A stretch of 64,000 bases of DNA from Escherichia coli (lineage in GTDB: Bacteria; Pseudomonadota; Gammaproteobacteria; Enterobacterales; Enterobacteriaceae). The stretch lies in NCBI RefSeq assembly GCF_050320075.1, contig NZ_CP190021.1; one strand, 5' to 3'. The translations under genes were made by a program, and so were the position numbers. Under the pieces are notes generated by a model. The model saw nothing but the letters and a program-made list of their open reading frames with translations. It did no database searches and was not told the DNA's origin. This document shows, in pieces, positions 1 to 9,836 of this stretch (positions are counted from its first letter, which is position 1; each line of letters opens with the position of its first letter).

Positions 1-1077
1 GTGTATAAATACACGGCACAATCGCTCCGCCATAAGCGACAGCTTGTGGCAGGTCTGAAGAATACTCCATATAACGCAGTACACTGGAGTCAGTTAGCAC
101 CCGAAGAGCAGATCCGTTTCTGGGAAGACTATGAAGCGGGAAGGGCGACCACTTTCCTGGTTGAACCGGAAAGGAAGCGCACGAAGCGTCGTCGTGGTGA
201 GCACTCCACCAAACCCAAATGCGAAAATCCGTCCTGGTATCGTCCTGAGCGCTATAAGGCGCTGAGCGGGCAGCTCGGGCACGCCTACAACCGTCTGGTG
301 AAAAAGGACCCGGTGACCGGCGAGCAGAGCCTGCGCATGCACATGTCTCTGCATCCTTTTTACGTGCAGAAACGAACGTATGTCGGTCGCAAATATGCTT
401 TCCGTCCGGAAAAACAACGCCTCCTCGATGCCGTCTGGCCGGTTCTGGTCAGCTTCAGTGATGCGGGCACACATACCGTAGGCATGAGTGTTTCCCGTCT
501 GGCCAGAGAAATCAGCCCGAAAGACAGCAAGGGGAAGGTTATTCCGGAACTGGAAGTGACGGTCTCCCGCCTTTCCCGTTTGCTGGCCGAACAGGTACGT
601 TTTGGTGTGCTGGGTGTTTCAGAGGAAACCCTGTGGGACCGTGAAACCCGCCAGCGTCTGCCACGTTACGTCTGGATAACACCGGCAGGCTGGCAGATGC
701 TGGGCGTCGACATGGTAAAACTTCACGAACAGCAGCAGAAACGACTGCGTGAAAGTGAAATCCGCCAGCAGCTCATTCGGGAAGGTGTTCTGCGTGAGGA
801 TGAAGATATCTCCGTACATGCGGCCAGAAAACGCTGGTATCTGCAGCGCAGTCAGGATGCGCTGAAACACCGTCGTGCGAAAGCAGCAGCCAGTAAGCGC
901 GCCAGACGCCTGAAGAAACTGCCTGCCGACCAGCAGATTCATGAGATGGCAGAGTATCTCAGGAAGCGTCTGCCTCCGGATGAAGCCTATTTTTGTTCCG
1001 ATGACCATCTGAAGCGAATGGCCATCAGGGAGTTGCGTCAGCTTGAACTGACGCTGGCTGCCCCGCCACCGCACTAG
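1..1077 (+). CDS. repZ: Replication initiator RepZ/RepA of I-complex plasmids; ORF opens at window position 1, so the true 5' end is probably upstream
   Basis: 358-aa ORF recognised from memory as IncI1-type RepZ (KRTKRRRGEHSTKPKCENP, C-terminal LAAPPPH); consistent with yacABC, nikAB, trbABC and traL-Y backbone in the same window. Confidence 0.8.
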   Translation: MYKYTAQSLRHKRQLVAGLKNTPYNAVHWSQLAPEEQIRFWEDYEAGRATTFLVEPERKRTKRRRGEHSTKPKCENPSWYRPERYKALSGQLGHAYNRLVKKDPVTGEQSLRMHMSLHPFYVQKRTYVGRKYAFRPEKQRLLDAVWPVLVSFSDAGTHTVGMSVSRLAREISPKDSKGKVIPELEVTVSRLSRLLAEQVRFGVLGVSEETLWDRETRQRLPRYVWITPAGWQMLGVDMVKLHEQQQKRLRESEIRQQLIREGVLREDEDISVHAARKRWYLQRSQDALKHRRAKAAASKRARRLKKLPADQQIHEMAEYLRKRLPPDEAYFCSDDHLKRMAIRELRQLELTLAAPPPH

Positions 1078-1650
1078 ACAGCACCATTCCCTCAGCACTG
1101 AATCATCACCAGCCCCTCCGGGGCTTTCGGCGCTGGTTCCGCTCAGCCCAAAATCCGCAGTAATCACCTTAAATCCCCTCAGAGGGGCATATCTGCCCAT
1201 AAAACCACGCATCAGTCATCAGAACATGGCCACGTTGTTTCAGTTATCCACATAAATCCGCAAACAAAGAACTTTAAGAAGCTGCAAACCTGAAACAGCA
1301 AACCTGCAATATAGTCTTAACCCCATTATTTAATCCCCTGCGTTGCTTCGCCGCAGGGAAAATCTTTATCTCTGAGACCACTGTGAACAAATACAAAGAG
1401 GCCTTCGCTTGCAGCGGCCAAGGCCGCGCCGCTCAGAATCTAAAAGCACCTCCCACGCTAACGCGCGGGCCCCGAACCTCACCGTTCTGAAACCACAACA
1501 AAAAGACATCAGGAATAAAAACACCACACAAACGCAGCACCGTGCCCACCCCTCATAACTGAAAAGCGAGGCCGCCCCCGCCCAAAGGGCGGGAACAACA
1601 TCGCTTTTAATTATGAATGTTGTAACTACATTATCATCGCTGTCAGTCTT
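1078..1650. other. Probable CIS/oriV region downstream of repZ (position approximate)
   Basis: Non-coding stretch immediately 3' of repZ; in IncI/IncFII-like replicons the origin lies downstream of the rep gene (established knowledge); no specific motif verified. Confidence 0.3.
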
Positions 1651-1985
1651 CTGGCTGGATGTTCTCAGTACACGCTCGTAAGCGGCCCTGACGGCCCGCT
1701 AACGCGGAGATACGCCCCGACTTCGGGTAAACCCTCGTCGGGACCACTCCGACCGCGCACAGAAACTCTCTCATGGCTGAAAGCGGGTATAGCTTAGCAG
1801 GGCTGGGGATGGGTAAGGTGAAATCTATCAATCAGTACCGGCTGACGCCGGGCTTCGGCGGTTTTACTCCGGTATCACATGTAACCACAGCGTGCCGCCT
1901 TCCATGCCGCTGGCGCGGCATATCCTGGTGACGATATCTGAATCGTTATATACTGTGTATATACGTAGTAATGACGAGGTGATAA

Positions 1986-2255
1986 ATGGCACAGGTTAAT
2001 ATGAGTTTAAGAATCGACGCTGAACTGAAGGATGCTTTTATGGCCGCTGCAAAAAGCATGGACCGTAATGGCTCTCAGTTAATCCGGGATTTTATGCGCC
2101 AGACCGTTGAACGGCAGCATAATACCTGGTTCCGTGACCAGGTTGCGGCAGGACGTCAGCAACTCGAGCACGGCGATGTGCTTCCCCATGACATGGTCGA
2201 ATCCTCTGCTGCAGCATGGCGGGATGAAATGAGCAGGAAGGTTGCCGGTAAATGA
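1986..2255 (+). CDS. yacA: RelB/DinJ-like antitoxin (YacA)
   Basis: 89-aa ORF, stop overlaps start of the next gene (ATGATGG); small acidic C-terminus typical of type II antitoxins. Confidence 0.7.
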   Translation: MAQVNMSLRIDAELKDAFMAAAKSMDRNGSQLIRDFMRQTVERQHNTWFRDQVAAGRQQLEHGDVLPHDMVESSAAAWRDEMSRKVAGK

Positions 2256-2533
2256 TGGAGATATTCTGGACCATGCTGGCCAGCCAGGACAGGAAGCGCA
2301 TTCGTGAGTACATTGCGGAGCAGAACCTGATGGCTGCCATTGAACTGGACGAACGGATTGGTTATTCAGCCAGCAGCCTGGCCGGGCAGCCGTATAAAGG
2401 CCGCAACGGTCGTGTGGAAGGTACCCGGGAACTGGTTATTCACCCGCATTTTGTTCTGGTTTATGAGGTCGACAGCCAGTGGGGAAAAGTGTATATCCTG
2501 CGCGTGTTGCATACTGCACAGAAGTGGCCATAG
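2252..2533 (+). CDS. yacB: RelE/ParE-superfamily toxin (YacB)
   Basis: 93-aa ORF translationally coupled to yacA; size and position typical of RelE/ParE toxin. Confidence 0.7.
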   Translation: MMEIFWTMLASQDRKRIREYIAEQNLMAAIELDERIGYSASSLAGQPYKGRNGRVEGTRELVIHPHFVLVYEVDSQWGKVYILRVLHTAQKWP

Positions 2534-2572
2534 AGGGGCTGTCCGGATATAAGGAAAGGAGATGCAATAACC

Positions 2573-3421
2573 ATGAATAATGATGAGCTGGCCACCAGAC
2601 GTGCGCAGGCGATTGCCGAAGACAGGTGTTTCTCGAAAGGACGTTTGCGCGATGAATTCAGAATGAAACCAGCCCCCGGTGCTGAGCCGGTTAAGTGGTA
2701 TAAAAACACTTATGGTGGCAGGTTCGCTGTATACCGAATTGCAGACTGTGTTCCGATGCGTGAGAAACGCCCTCTGACGAGTAAACAACAGCTGGCTGGC
2801 CAGCGACTTTCCGTTTTATCCAGACTTAACAGCACCAGTGGCCGGATGGCACGGCAGGCATATGACTGGCTGAGTCTGGCACCGCTCTTTCTGGATACTG
2901 AAACGACAGGACTGGATAATACCGCGGAAGCCCTGGAAATCGGCCTGACCGATGCGGCCGGTCAGGTGGTATTTGAAACCAGGCTGAAGCCCACGGTCGC
3001 CATCGGGGCGCAGGCCGCCGCTGTGCATGGTATCAGCGAGCAGGCTCTCTGCGGCGCACCATCATGGACAGATGTGGCGCGGCAACTGCGTCATGCAATC
3101 GGGGACCGACCAGTAATTATCTTTAATGCCCGGTTCGACATCCGCATTCTGAAACAGACTGCTGCCGCACATAGCGATCCGGCTGACTGGCTGGAAGAAC
3201 TGACGGTATATTGTGCGATGGAGCTGGCTGCAGGATATTATGGGGCCACCAACCGCTATGGCACGATTTCACTGGCCTGTGCTGCCAGCCAGGCCGGACT
3301 GACCTGGGAAGGGCAGGCACACTCAGCGATCGCCGACGCACGGATGACGGCAGGGGTGGTAAACGCTATTGCTGCATATCATCTGGAACTGCTGCAGGAA
3401 CAGGCACGGCTGAAAATCTGA
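2573..3421 (+). CDS. yacC: DnaQ-like DEDDh 3'-5' exonuclease domain protein (YacC)
   Basis: 282-aa ORF with Exo I motif (LFLDTETTGLD) and a C-terminal H-x4-D motif (HSAIAD). Confidence 0.7.
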   Translation: MNNDELATRRAQAIAEDRCFSKGRLRDEFRMKPAPGAEPVKWYKNTYGGRFAVYRIADCVPMREKRPLTSKQQLAGQRLSVLSRLNSTSGRMARQAYDWLSLAPLFLDTETTGLDNTAEALEIGLTDAAGQVVFETRLKPTVAIGAQAAAVHGISEQALCGAPSWTDVARQLRHAIGDRPVIIFNARFDIRILKQTAAAHSDPADWLEELTVYCAMELAAGYYGATNRYGTISLACAASQAGLTWEGQAHSAIADARMTAGVVNAIAAYHLELLQEQARLKI

Positions 3422-3492
3422 CCGCCTGGCCTGTATACCGCAATCATTTACGTTATCCAGACGTAAATCCGCCGCTTGTTGCTGTCAGCATG

Positions 3493-3524
3493 TTAATGCT
3501 AATGTATGTGTACATTAGCATTAA
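3493..3524. repeat. Perfect 14-bp inverted repeat with 4-bp spacer (TTAATGCTAATGTA-TGTG-TACATTAGCATTAA)
   Basis: Read directly from sequence between yacC and the Tn21-type IR. Confidence 0.8.
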
Positions 3525-3624
3525 TGAGGGATGATATGTGAGAGACAAAACCAGGGAGGCCATGCGGCTTTTTTTAGGCGGCAGGTGCTACACGGCTGAA
3601 AAACTTGAAAAGGATTATCTGGCT

Positions 3625-3662
3625 GGGGGCACCTCAGAAAACGGAAAATAAAGCACGCTAAG
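3625..3662. mobile_element. Tn21-subfamily 38-bp terminal inverted repeat (IRmer-type)
   Basis: Exact match from memory to GGGGGCACCTCAGAAAACGGAAAATAAAGCACGCTAAG. Confidence 0.85.
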
Positions 3663-3783
3663 GCATAGCTGACCTTGCCAGGCCTGCTTCGCCCTGTAGT
3701 GACGCGATCAACGGGCAGGAAACATTCCCCTTTCGTGCATGGCAGGCGCACACGAGTTCAGACAGCACGGTTTCCATGCGCGC
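3658..3783 (-). pseudogene. merR: merR 3' remnant (last ~41 codons of MerR)
   Basis: Minus-strand translation ends ...[39 protein letters not shown], matching the Tn21/Tn501 MerR C-terminus; upstream residues are unrelated. Confidence 0.75.
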
Positions 3784-4960
3784 CGTCGTGCGGAGATCAT
3801 CAGTCCGTTGGCGCAGTCGGAGACGGTCGGGCACGAAGCGGCCGATATGGCGGCTCAGGCGCTGGGCTTGTCTCGGCGCCAGGTATACGTTCTGATCCGG
3901 CGTGCCCGGCAAGGCAGCGGCCTCGTGACGGATCTGGTGCCCGGCCAGTCCGGTGGAGGTAAAGGTAAGGGGCGCTTGCCGGAACCGGTCGAGCGCGTCA
4001 TCCACGAGCTACTGCAAAAGCGGTTCCTGACCAAGCAGAAGCGCAGCCTAGCGGCCTTTCACCGCGAAGTCACTCAGGTGTGCAAGGCTCAAAAACTGCG
4101 AGTGCCGGCGCGCAATACCGTGGCCTTACGGATCGCTAGCCTTGACCCGCGCAAGGTCATCCGCCGGCGGGAAGGCCAGGATGCCGCTCGTGACCTACAA
4201 GGTGTGGGCGGCGAGCCTCCTGCCGTGACCGCGCCGCTGGAGCAGGTGCAGATAGACCATACGGTCATCGACCTGATCGTGGTCGATGACCGCGACCGGC
4301 AACCTATTGGCCGCCCGTACCTGACCCTCGCCATCGACGTGTTCACCCGCTGCGTGCTCGGCATGGTCGTCACGCTGGAAGCGCCGTCTGCCGTTTCGGT
4401 TGGCCTGTGCCTCGTGCATGTCGCCTGCGACAAGCGCCCTTGGCTGGAAGGACTGAACGTGGAAATGGATTGGCAGATGAGCGGCAAGCCCTTGCTGCTC
4501 TACCTAGACAACGCGGCCGAGTTCAAGAGCGAGGCCCTGCGCCGGGGTTGCGAGCAGCATGGCATCCGGCTGGACTATCGCCCGCTGGGACAGCCGCACT
4601 ATGGCGGCATCGTGGAACGGATCATCGGCACGGCGATGCAGATGATTCACGACGAACTGCCGGGAACGACCTTCTCCAACCCTGACCAGCGCGGCGACTA
4701 CGATTCCGAAAACAAGGCCGCCCTGACGCTGCGCGAGCTAGAGCGCTGGCTCACATTGGCGGTCGGCACCTACCACGGTTCGGTGCACAACGGCCTGCTC
4801 CAACCGCCGGCCGCGCGCTGGGCCGAGGCCGTGGCGCGTGTCGGCGTACCGGCCGTCGTCACACGCGCTACTTCGTTCCTGGTCGATTTTCTGCCGATCC
4901 TCCGGCGCACGCTGACCCGCACCGGCTTTGTCATCGACCACATCCACTACTACGCCGATG
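3781..4960 (+). pseudogene. tniA: tniA (Tn402/Tn5053-type transposase) fragment, 5' end replaced and 3' end cut by IS26
   Basis: ORF 3739-4977 matches TniA from memory from [19 protein letters not shown] onward; the last codons (GHCCK) are read from the IS26 terminal repeat. Confidence 0.7.
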
Positions 4961-5780
4961 GGCACTGTTGCAAATAGTCGGTGGTGATAAACTTATCATC
5001 CCCTTTTGCTGATGGAGCTGCACATGAACCCATTCAAAGGCCGGCATTTTCAGCGTGACATCATTCTGTGGGCCGTACGCTGGTACTGCAAATACGGCAT
5101 CAGTTACCGTGAGCTGCAGGAGATGCTGGCTGAACGCGGAGTGAATGTCGATCACTCCACGATTTACCGCTGGGTTCAGCGTTATGCGCCTGAAATGGAA
5201 AAACGGCTGCGCTGGTACTGGCGTAACCCTTCCGATCTTTGCCCGTGGCACATGGATGAAACCTACGTGAAGGTCAATGGCCGCTGGGCGTATCTGTACC
5301 GGGCCGTCGACAGCCGGGGCCGCACTGTCGATTTTTATCTCTCCTCCCGTCGTAACAGCAAAGCTGCATACCGGTTTCTGGGTAAAATCCTCAACAACGT
5401 GAAGAAGTGGCAGATCCCGCGATTCATCAACACGGATAAAGCGCCCGCCTATGGTCGCGCGCTTGCTCTGCTCAAACGCGAAGGCCGGTGCCCGTCTGAC
5501 GTTGAACACCGACAGATTAAGTACCGGAACAACGTGATTGAATGCGATCATGGCAAACTGAAACGGATAATCGACGCCACGCTGGGATTTAAATCCATGA
5601 AGACGGCTTACGCCACCATCAAAGGTATTGAGGTGATGCGTGCACTACGCAAAGGCCAGGCCTCAGCATTTTATTATGGTGATCCCCTGGGCGAAATGCG
5701 CCTGGTAAGCAGAGTTTTTGAAATGTAAGGCCTTTGAATAAGACAAAAGGCTGCCTCATCGCTAACTTTGCAACAGTGCC
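4961..5780 (+). mobile_element. IS26 copy 1 (820 bp)
   Basis: GGCACTGTTGCAAA terminal repeats at both ends; internal tnpA. Confidence 0.95.
5006..5728 (+). CDS. tnpA: IS26 transposase Tnp26
   Basis: 240-aa ORF MNPFKGRHFQRDIILWAVRWYCKYGISYREL... Confidence 0.95.
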   Translation: MLMELHMNPFKGRHFQRDIILWAVRWYCKYGISYRELQEMLAERGVNVDHSTIYRWVQRYAPEMEKRLRWYWRNPSDLCPWHMDETYVKVNGRWAYLYRAVDSRGRTVDFYLSSRRNSKAAYRFLGKILNNVKKWQIPRFINTDKAPAYGRALALLKREGRCPSDVEHRQIKYRNNVIECDHGKLKRIIDATLGFKSMKTAYATIKGIEVMRALRKGQASAFYYGDPLGEMRLVSRVFEM

Positions 5781-5903
5781 GGATTATGTCCACGATAAGC
5801 ACCTGGGTCGATTCCTGGGAGGCGGCCATGAGGGTAGGGAAGCGCCGTCCCGTCAAGTCAGCGTAATGCTCTGCCAGTGTTACAACCAATTAACCAATTC
5901 TGA

Positions 5904-6719
5904 TTAGAAAAACTCATCGAGCATCAAATGAAACTGCAATTTATTCATATCAGGATTATCAATACCATATTTTTGAAAAAGCCGTTTCTGTAATGAAGGA
6001 GAAAACTCACCGAGGCAGTTCCATAGGATGGCAAGATCCTGGTATCGGTCTGCGATTCCGACTCGTCCAACATCAATACAACCTATTAATTTCCCCTCGT
6101 CAAAAATAAGGTTATCAAGTGAGAAATCACCATGAGTGACGACTGAATCCGGTGAGAATGGCAAAAGCTTATGCATTTCTTTCCAGACTTGTTCAACAGG
6201 CCAGCCATTACGCTCGTCATCAAAATCACTCGCATCAACCAAACCGTTATTCATTCGTGATTGCGCCTGAGCGAGACGAAATACGCGATCGCTGTTAAAA
6301 GGACAATTACAAACAGGAATCGAATGCAACCGGCGCAGGAACACTGCCAGCGCATCAACAATATTTTCACCTGAATCAGGATATTCTTCTAATACCTGGA
6401 ATGCTGTTTTCCCGGGGATCGCAGTGGTGAGTAACCATGCATCATCAGGAGTACGGATAAAATGCTTGATGGTCGGAAGAGGCATAAATTCCGTCAGCCA
6501 GTTTAGTCTGACCATCTCATCTGTAACATCATTGGCAACGCTACCTTTGCCATGTTTCAGAAACAACTCTGGCGCATCGGGCTTCCCATACAATCGATAG
6601 ATTGTCGCACCTGATTGCCCGACATTATCGCGAGCCCATTTATACCCATATAAATCAGCATCCATGTTGGAATTTAATCGCGGCCTCGAGCAAGACGTTT
6701 CCCGTTGAATATGGCTCAT
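5904..6719 (-). CDS. aph(3')-Ia: Aminoglycoside 3'-phosphotransferase APH(3')-Ia (kanamycin/neomycin resistance)
   Basis: 271-aa ORF MSHIQRETSCSRPRLNSNMDADLYGYKWARDNVGQSGATIYRLYGKP...; flanked by direct IS26 copies (Tn4352-like). Confidence 0.95.
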   Translation of the reverse strand: MSHIQRETSCSRPRLNSNMDADLYGYKWARDNVGQSGATIYRLYGKPDAPELFLKHGKGSVANDVTDEMVRLNWLTEFMPLPTIKHFIRTPDDAWLLTTAIPGKTAFQVLEEYPDSGENIVDALAVFLRRLHSIPVCNCPFNSDRVFRLAQAQSRMNNGLVDASDFDDERNGWPVEQVWKEMHKLLPFSPDSVVTHGDFSLDNLIFDEGKLIGCIDVGRVGIADRYQDLAILWNCLGEFSPSLQKRLFQKYGIDNPDMNKLQFHLMLDEFF

Positions 6720-6806
6720 AACACCCCTTGTATTACTGTTTATGTAAGCAGACAGTTTTATTGTTCATGATGATATATTTTTATCTTGTGCAATGTAACA
6801 TCAGAG

Positions 6807-7626
6807 GGCACTGTTGCAAATAGTCGGTGGTGATAAACTTATCATCCCCTTTTGCTGATGGAGCTGCACATGAACCCATTCAAAGGCCGGCATTTTCAGC
6901 GTGACATCATTCTGTGGGCCGTACGCTGGTACTGCAAATACGGCATCAGTTACCGTGAGCTGCAGGAGATGCTGGCTGAACGCGGAGTGAATGTCGATCA
7001 CTCCACGATTTACCGCTGGGTTCAGCGTTATGCGCCTGAAATGGAAAAACGGCTGCGCTGGTACTGGCGTAACCCTTCCGATCTTTGCCCGTGGCACATG
7101 GATGAAACCTACGTGAAGGTCAATGGCCGCTGGGCGTATCTGTACCGGGCCGTCGACAGCCGGGGCCGCACTGTCGATTTTTATCTCTCCTCCCGTCGTA
7201 ACAGCAAAGCTGCATACCGGTTTCTGGGTAAAATCCTCAACAACGTGAAGAAGTGGCAGATCCCGCGATTCATCAACACGGATAAAGCGCCCGCCTATGG
7301 TCGCGCGCTTGCTCTGCTCAAACGCGAAGGCCGGTGCCCGTCTGACGTTGAACACCGACAGATTAAGTACCGGAACAACGTGATTGAATGCGATCATGGC
7401 AAACTGAAACGGATAATCGGCGCCACGCTGGGATTTAAATCCATGAAGACGGCTTACGCCACCATCAAAGGTATTGAGGTGATGCGTGCACTACGCAAAG
7501 GCCAGGCCTCAGCATTTTATTATGGTGATCCCCTGGGCGAAATGCGCCTGGTAAGCAGAGTTTTTGAAATGTAAGGCCTTTGAATAAGACAAAAGGCTGC
7601 CTCATCGCTAACTTTGCAACAGTGCC
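6807..7626 (+). mobile_element. IS26 copy 2
   Basis: Terminal repeats identified; same orientation as copy 1. Confidence 0.95.
6852..7574 (+). CDS. tnpA: IS26 transposase
   Basis: 240-aa ORF nearly identical to copy 1 (one difference, D vs G near the C-terminus). Confidence 0.95.
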   Translation: MLMELHMNPFKGRHFQRDIILWAVRWYCKYGISYRELQEMLAERGVNVDHSTIYRWVQRYAPEMEKRLRWYWRNPSDLCPWHMDETYVKVNGRWAYLYRAVDSRGRTVDFYLSSRRNSKAAYRFLGKILNNVKKWQIPRFINTDKAPAYGRALALLKREGRCPSDVEHRQIKYRNNVIECDHGKLKRIIGATLGFKSMKTAYATIKGIEVMRALRKGQASAFYYGDPLGEMRLVSRVFEM

Positions 7627-7695
7627 GGATTGAATATAACCGACGTGACTGTTACATTTAGGTGGCTAAACCCGTCAAGCCCTCAGGAGTGAATC

Positions 7696-8601
7696 ATGAC
7701 CGTAGTCACGACCGCCGATACCTCCCAACTGTACGCACTTGCAGCCCGACATGGGCTCAAGCTCCATGGCCCGCTGACTGTCAATGAGCTTGGGCTCGAC
7801 TATAGGATCGTGATCGCCACCGTCGACGATGGACGTCGGTGGGTGCTGCGCATCCCGCGCCGAGCCGAGGTAAGCGCGAAGGTCGAACCAGAGGCGCGGG
7901 TGCTGGCAATGCTCAAGAATCGCCTGCCGTTCGCGGTGCCGGACTGGCGCGTGGCCAACGCCGAGCTCGTTGCCTATCCCATGCTCGAAGACTCGACTGC
8001 GATGGTCATCCAGCCTGGTTCGTCCACGCCCGACTGGGTCGTGCCGCAGGACTCGGAGGTCTTCGCGGAGAGCTTCGCGACCGCGCTCGCCGCCCTGCAT
8101 GCCGTCCCCATTTCCGCCGCCGTGGATGCGGGGATGCTCATCCGTACACCGACGCAGGCCCGTCAGAAGGTGGCCGACGACGTTGACCGCGTCCGACGCG
8201 AGTTCGTGGTGAACGACAAGCGCCTCCACCGGTGGCAGCGCTGGCTCGACGACGATTCGTCGTGGCCAGATTTCTCCGTGGTGGTGCATGGCGATCTCTA
8301 CGTGGGCCATGTGCTCATCGACAACACGGAGCGCGTCAGCGGGATGATCGACTGGAGCGAGGCCCGCGTTGATGACCCTGCCATCGACATGGCCGCGCAC
8401 CTTATGGTCTTTGGTGAAGAGGGGCTCGCGAAGCTCCTCCTCACGTATGAAGCGGCCGGTGGCCGGGTGTGGCCGCGGCTCGCCCACCACATCGCGGAGC
8501 GCCTTGCGTTCGGGGCGGTCACCTACGCACTCTTCGCCCTCGACTCGGGTAACGAAGAGTACCTCGCTGCGGCGAAGGCGCAGCTCGCCGCAGCGGAATG
8601 A
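7696..8601 (+). CDS. mph(A): Macrolide 2'-phosphotransferase Mph(A)
   Basis: 301-aa ORF MTVVTTADTSQLYALAARHGLKLHGPLTVNELGLDYRIV...; high-GC codon usage; followed by mrx and mphR. Confidence 0.95.
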   Translation: MTVVTTADTSQLYALAARHGLKLHGPLTVNELGLDYRIVIATVDDGRRWVLRIPRRAEVSAKVEPEARVLAMLKNRLPFAVPDWRVANAELVAYPMLEDSTAMVIQPGSSTPDWVVPQDSEVFAESFATALAALHAVPISAAVDAGMLIRTPTQARQKVADDVDRVRREFVVNDKRLHRWQRWLDDDSSWPDFSVVVHGDLYVGHVLIDNTERVSGMIDWSEARVDDPAIDMAAHLMVFGEEGLAKLLLTYEAAGGRVWPRLAHHIAERLAFGAVTYALFALDSGNEEYLAAAKAQLAAAE

Positions 8602-9836
8602 GCGAACGTCGATATAGCCCGCTCGCGACGCTGTTCGCGGCGACCTTTCTCTTCCGGATCGGCAACGCGGTGGCGGCCCTCGCGCTTCCATGGTTCGTCC
8701 TGTCTCATACAAAGAGCGCGGCCTGGGCGGGCGCCACGGCCGCTAGCAGCGTCATCGCGACCATCATCGGCGCGTGGGTTGGTGGTGGCCTCGTCGATCG
8801 GTTCGGGCGCGCGCCCGTCGCATTGATCTCGGGTGTGGTGGGCGGCGTGGCCATGGCGAGCATCCCACTGCTCGATGCCGTTGGCGCCCTCTCGAACACT
8901 GGGCTGATCGCTTGCGTGGTGCTCGGTGCCGCGTTCGACGCACCCGGTATGGCCGCGCAGGACAGTGAGCTGCCCAAACTCGGCCACGTCGCCGGGCTCT
9001 CCGTTGAGCGCGTCTCGTCACTGAAAGCGGTGATCGGGAACGTCGCGATTCTAGGTGGCCCGGCCCTTGGGGGGGCCGCAATCGGCCTGCTTGGCGCTGC
9101 GCCAACGCTCGGGCTGACGGCGTTCTGCTCCGTCCTTGCAGGTCTGCTCGGCGCGTGGGTGCTTCCCGCGCGTGCCGCTCGGACGATGACCACGACGGCG
9201 ACTCTCTCCATGCGCGCCGGCGTCGCTTTTCTCTGGAGCGAACCCCTGCTGCGCCCTCTCTTTGGTATAGTGATGATCTTCGTGGGCATCGTTGGCGCCA
9301 ACGGCAGCGTCATCATGCCTGCGCTGTTTGTAGATGCAGGACGCCAAGTAGCAGAGCTCGGGCTGTTCTCCTCAATGATGGGGGCTGGTGGTCTCCTTGG
9401 CATTGCCATTCATGCGTCGGTCGGCGCCCGGATATCAGCGCAGAACTGGCTGGCGGTGGCATTTTGTGGCTCTGCGGTGGGCTCGCTTCTGCTTTCACAG
9501 TTGCCAGGCGTGCCGGTGCTGATGTTGTTGGGCGCGCTCGTGGGACTGCTGACCGGCTCAGTCTCTCCCATTCTCAACGCTGCCATCTACAACCGCACGC
9601 CGCCAGAACTTCTCGGCCGGGTACTCGGCACGGTCTCGGCGGTGATGCTGTCAGCCTCGCCCATGGTTATGCTTGCGGCCGGCGCGTTTGTCGACCTTGC
9701 TGGTCCGCTCCCTGGCCTCGTTGTATCGGCCGTGTTTGCGGGGCTCGTGGCTCTACTCTCGCTCCGTCTTCAATTTGCTACAATGGCGGCGGCAGCCACA
9801 GCCTCCGCCCCAACCCATACAGAAGGTGAACACTGA
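8598..9836 (+). CDS. mrx: MFS-type membrane protein Mrx
   Basis: 412-aa hydrophobic ORF overlapping the mph(A) stop; canonical mph(A)-mrx-mphR(A) order. Confidence 0.9.
   Translation: MSERRYSPLATLFAATFLFRIGNAVAALALPWFVLSHTKSAAWAGATAASSVIATIIGAWVGGGLVDRFGRAPVALISGVVGGVAMASIPLLDAVGALSNTGLIACVVLGAAFDAPGMAAQDSELPKLGHVAGLSVERVSSLKAVIGNVAILGGPALGGAAIGLLGAAPTLGLTAFCSVLAGLLGAWVLPARAARTMTTTATLSMRAGVAFLWSEPLLRPLFGIVMIFVGIVGANGSVIMPALFVDAGRQVAELGLFSSMMGAGGLLGIAIHASVGARISAQNWLAVAFCGSAVGSLLLSQLPGVPVLMLLGALVGLLTGSVSPILNAAIYNRTPPELLGRVLGTVSAVMLSASPMVMLAAGAFVDLAGPLPGLVVSAVFAGLVALLSLRLQFATMAAAATASAPTHTEGEH

Noticed and set aside
3739-3790. N-terminus [14 protein letters not shown] as the native start of the tniA-like ORF
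   Set aside because: Overlaps the merR 3' remnant on the opposite strand and does not match the TniA N-terminus as remembered; treated as a fusion artefact of a truncation
4931-5551. 198-206 aa ORF antisense to IS26 tnpA, also present in copies 2 and 3
   Set aside because: Recurs only because IS26 is repeated; known antisense frame of the transposase gene with no support as a gene
7675-9409. Long minus-strand ORFs (345 aa, 234 aa and others) antisense to mph(A) and mrx
   Set aside because: High-GC sequence yields long stop-free antisense frames; they overlap well-supported resistance genes and have Arg/Pro/Gly-rich low-complexity translations
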